A stretch of 62,406 bases of DNA from Clostridiales bacterium (GTDB lineage: Bacteria; Bacillota; Clostridia; Ch29): NCBI GenBank assembly GCA_012523075.1, contig JAAYJF010000112.1:1-62406 (forward strand), read 5' to 3'. A program made the translations under genes and the position numbers. The notes beneath the pieces were generated by a model. It did not search any database. It saw nothing but the letters and a program-made list of their open reading frames with translations, and had not been told where the DNA came from. How positions within the stretch are numbered: position 1 is the first letter of the stretch; each line of letters begins with the position of its first letter. Positions 59,517 to 62,406 of the stretch are shown piece by piece.

Positions 59517-60584
59517 TTAAGGCCTGGTTTTTTTGAGGTGCAATAGTTCAGCAAAGGCCTCAACACGAGTCTCCATGCCCGTTTTTTCCATATGCTCATC
59601 AATTGTTAACGACATGATGGGTATTCTTTTTTTGGCGGATACTTTTTGCAGTATCTGACTGCTTACTATTTCCGGCATACAGGTCACAGGAAAGATGTGT
59701 ACAATTCCATCAAAACCCTTATCAGCGAAGGATATGGCATGATATATCGTATCAATGGCAAAACCGCCTATGCAGTCCTCCAGATAACCCCTGGTATATG
59801 CCTTTGCCTTTCTATAATATGCCCTCCTATTCCATGGGAGCAGCATGTTTTTCACCCAGATACTTGTATAGACTGAACGGCAGGTCTCAATGCCGTGTCG
59901 GGCAAGGAGTTCTTCTATGCCCAGGTTTGAATAGGGTTCGTTAAGCGTATATATATCACCTACTATAATAACCCTGGGAAGACTGTGGGAACGGGGGCTT
60001 AATCTTTCCAGTTCCTCTAGGCATTGGGCGGTTAGTCTTTTTACGCCGGAAATGCTGGTGCACTCCGTTATTCTTTCTACCCCACCATGGAGTATGCTTT
60101 TAGACCGGTTTCCGTCATGGGAGTAGGGAAGGCAGGACCAGTATCTTTGCTCCAGTGTGTCCACCGCCTCCAGTTTTGCCCATCCCAGCCTAAGGGCAGA
60201 AATAAAAGCCCGGTAACTGCAGCCCGCCGCTTTTTTGAAGCGGCCAATATCCCGCGGTAGCGTGGAGGGTTCAAGGCATATGAAAGTGAAGCGGTAACCC
60301 AGGTCCCTGGCTATCATATCAAGAAGATGGCCGAAGTATCCGAAACGGCAGGGGCCCGAGCCCCCAAGCATTATTACTGTGTCCGCGCCCTGCTCCAGCG
60401 AGTGTAGCATGTTGCCCAGTATAAGTTTGAAGGGCAGGCAGGAATACTCCGGTGCATACTTGCAACCGGCGCTCTTCATTTCGTCGTTGTTGAAGGGGGG
60501 GACAACAACCTCCATTTGCAATTCCTCAAAAAGAGTCCTAAGAGGTATATATACGCCGCCCATATGCGGAAAGGTGATTTTCAT
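59517..60584 (-). CDS. acyl-CoA dehydratase activase-related protein (DUF2229-like)
   Basis: The C-terminus ...FPVTCMPEIVSSQIL...IPIMSLTIDEHMEKTGMETRVEAFAELL is paralogous to the gene at 61705. The start is uncertain because there is no clear RBS. Confidence 0.7.
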   Translation of the reverse strand: MKITFPHMGGVYIPLRTLFEELQMEVVVPPFNNDEMKSAGCKYAPEYSCLPFKLILGNMLHSLEQGADTVIMLGGSGPCRFGYFGHLLDMIARDLGYRFTFICLEPSTLPRDIGRFKKAAGCSYRAFISALRLGWAKLEAVDTLEQRYWSCLPYSHDGNRSKSILHGGVERITECTSISGVKRLTAQCLEELERLSPRSHSLPRVIIVGDIYTLNEPYSNLGIEELLARHGIETCRSVYTSIWVKNMLLPWNRRAYYRKAKAYTRGYLEDCIGGFAIDTIYHAISFADKGFDGIVHIFPVTCMPEIVSSQILQKVSAKKRIPIMSLTIDEHMEKTGMETRVEAFAELLHLKKTRP

Positions 60585-60754
60585 ACTTTGATTGTATCCG
60601 GTCCCCCAAATAAATATACCTTATCAATGGGCATATACCATGGTAAGGAGTTCCAGGTACCTAACGCCTGTACTCTGTGATTCGTGAACTATAGCCTGTA
60701 AGCATCGCCCAGGCGCCTACCAACTACGAACTATTAACTACCAACTATGATCTG

Positions 60755-61708
60755 TTACAGCGTATCCCACCTGCCGCATCTTCCTCCCCAGCGGGCAGCC
60801 AGTTCGCCGTTCTGGTATATCTGAATAACCTCACACAGGTTTGAACAGTTCTTGCATTCAAAGCTCCTTACCTGGTAGTCAAACTCGCTGGCATCAAAGC
60901 CCTTAAACTTGGTTTGGCCGGTCTTCTTTGCATGGTCCCTAGCAAGAATAGCAACCCCTATGGCTCCCATCACCCCGAAATGCTCGGGAACTATTATCTC
61001 ACAGTCCAGCGCCTTTTCGAAGGCTGCCTTTATTCCGACATTGGCCGCCACGCCCCCCTGGAATACAATGGTGGGCCTTATGTCCTTGCCTTTGCCGACG
61101 TTGTTGAGGTAGTTTCTCACCATTGCTTCGCAAAGACCGGCGATTATGCTTTCGATGGAGTGCCCAAGTTGTTGCTTGTGTATCATATCGGATTCAGCGA
61201 ACACCGAGCACCGGCCGGCAATCCTTACAGGCTCCTCACACTTAAGGGCAAGAGAGCCGAAGTCCTCTATCGGTATGCCCAGTCGGGCGGCCTGGTGGTC
61301 CAGAAAGGACCCGGTACCGGCGGCACAGACTGTGTTCATTGCAAAGTCGGTTACGATTCCGTCCTTGAGTATTATAATCTTCGAATCCTGTCCGCCTATC
61401 TCTATTATAGTCCTCACATCCGGCACTCTATGGGAAGCCGCTATTGCGTGGGCGGTGATTTCGTTCTTTACGATATCCGCACCCACTATTACCGACGCAA
61501 CCTCCCTGCCGCTGCCGGTGGTTCCCACCCCGCATATTTCCAGTTTGCTGTCCAAATCCGGCTGGATTGTCCTTAAGCATTGCTGCAGCATCTCTATAGG
61601 CCGACCGGCGGTACTTGTATATATGCTGGTCAATACATTCAAATTATCGTCTACCACTATAAGCTTTGTGCTTACCGAACCTACATCTACCCCCAGATAA
61701 CCCTTCAT
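60755..61708 (-). CDS. BadF/BadG/BcrA/BcrD-type ATPase (2-hydroxyacyl-CoA dehydratase activase family)
   Basis: GVDVGSVSTK, CAAGTGSFLD and GRCSVFAESD cluster cysteines, plus a Cys-rich tail CKNCSNLC...GGRCGRW. Confidence 0.88.
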   Translation of the reverse strand: MKGYLGVDVGSVSTKLIVVDDNLNVLTSIYTSTAGRPIEMLQQCLRTIQPDLDSKLEICGVGTTGSGREVASVIVGADIVKNEITAHAIAASHRVPDVRTIIEIGGQDSKIIILKDGIVTDFAMNTVCAAGTGSFLDHQAARLGIPIEDFGSLALKCEEPVRIAGRCSVFAESDMIHKQQLGHSIESIIAGLCEAMVRNYLNNVGKGKDIRPTIVFQGGVAANVGIKAAFEKALDCEIIVPEHFGVMGAIGVAILARDHAKKTGQTKFKGFDASEFDYQVRSFECKNCSNLCEVIQIYQNGELAARWGGRCGRWDTL

Positions 61709-62406
61709 GCCAGTGCCTCCTGTTTTTGATTTCTTCGACTATGCATTAGGTCCACAAAGGCCTCCAGCCTTGTTTTTAGCCCCGCCTTTCCTGTCTGCTC
61801 GTCAATAAACAGCGTCAGCAGGGGTATGTCCAAATCCTTTGTAACCTTGCCCAGTATGCTTTTTGACACTATCTCCGGTATACAGGTGAAGGGAGCCAGC
61901 TGTATAATGCCGTCGTAGCCATTCTTTGCATAAAGCACCGTGTTTCCAACGCTAAGGGTGCCGTGGCCCCCTATCAGTTCCCGCAGGTAGGGCTTTGCTG
62001 CCTTTTTTATGTGCTCCTCGCCTTTGAAAAAGGTGTTGTCCTTTGTCCAGTCGACCAGGTAGATGGAGCGGTGGGCAAGCACGCCCATATCACCCAGCAT
62101 ACGTTGTATATCAAAGTTAGCAGCAGGCTCCAGCACCACGTATATTTCACCTATAATGCCCACCTTAAGGGGTTTCACAGAATCCTTGGTTTTAATAGCT
62201 TTAAGCATTTTAGTACACTGGTCCAGACTTTTTATTATTTCCTCCTTTGTCCAGGCCCTGTCTATTATCCTGTAGCATTTTTCCATGACGTTGGTGGTCT
62301 CGTGCTTTACGACCTCCCGGGGCCTTATGTCGTAGGAAAGAGCTTCAATGCGGTCCAGAACCTTTAGCTTCTGCCATGCTGTGGACAGCGCGTCCCATAC
62401 GACAGG
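61705..62406 (-). CDS. acyl-CoA dehydratase activase-related protein (DUF2229-like), 5'-partial (open to the window end)
   Basis: The frame stays open upstream of the track's Met (hand-checked to 62406). The C-terminus is FTCIPEIVSKSIL...PLLTLFIDEQTGKAGLKTRLEAFVDLM. Confidence 0.75.
   Translation of the reverse strand, partial: PVVWDALSTAWQKLKVLDRIEALSYDIRPREVVKHETTNVMEKCYRIIDRAWTKEEIIKSLDQCTKMLKAIKTKDSVKPLKVGIIGEIYVVLEPAANFDIQRMLGDMGVLAHRSIYLVDWTKDNTFFKGEEHIKKAAKPYLRELIGGHGTLSVGNTVLYAKNGYDGIIQLAPFTCIPEIVSKSILGKVTKDLDIPLLTLFIDEQTGKAGLKTRLEAFVDLMHSRRNQKQEALA

Noticed and set aside
1-62406. Looked for tRNA/rRNA genes, CRISPR arrays, transposases, integrases, toxin-antitoxin pairs and recognisable defence-system genes.
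   Set aside because: None were found by eye. The only dispersed repeats are the MITE-like family and the 29-nt terminator module reported above.

Overview
A 62.4-kb chromosomal window from a spore-forming Firmicute of the class Clostridia (about 47% GC; species not identifiable from the sequence). It is mostly core genome. It runs from the tuf 3' end through the complete S10-spc-alpha ribosomal protein cluster (rpsJ to rplQ, including secY, adk, infA, rpmJ and rpoA), then ecfA1-ecfA2-ecfT-truA and rplM-rpsI. Next come a PyrR-attenuated uracil permease, cwlD, a two-gene AmmeMemoRadiSam system, a cell-wall/two-component block and cdaA-cdaR. A sigma-54-controlled buk-ptb-buk-NTPase-2-oxoacid:ferredoxin oxidoreductase module of about 10 kb separates cdaAR from glmM. 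After glmM lie a glmS ribozyme and a glmS gene that lacks its glutaminase domain. These are followed by the gcvT-H-PA-PB cluster, lplA, a TPP-riboswitch thiamine-precursor ABC operon, murC, purR-spoVG and an activase/DUF2229 cluster. The most unusual observations are these. (1) An in-frame TGA (CxxU context with a SECIS-like hairpin) lies in a small ORF between gcvPB and lplA. (2) The glmS ribozyme drives an isomerase-only GlmS. (3) A composite palindromic MITE-like repeat of about 240 bp is present in three full copies and one solo unit, and one copy is wedged between the TPP riboswitch and its operon. (4) The conserved cdaA-cdaR-glmM operon is split. No rRNA, tRNA, CRISPR, transposase or integrase was seen. 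All protein calls rest on reading the supplied translations against remembered family motifs; no database search was run.
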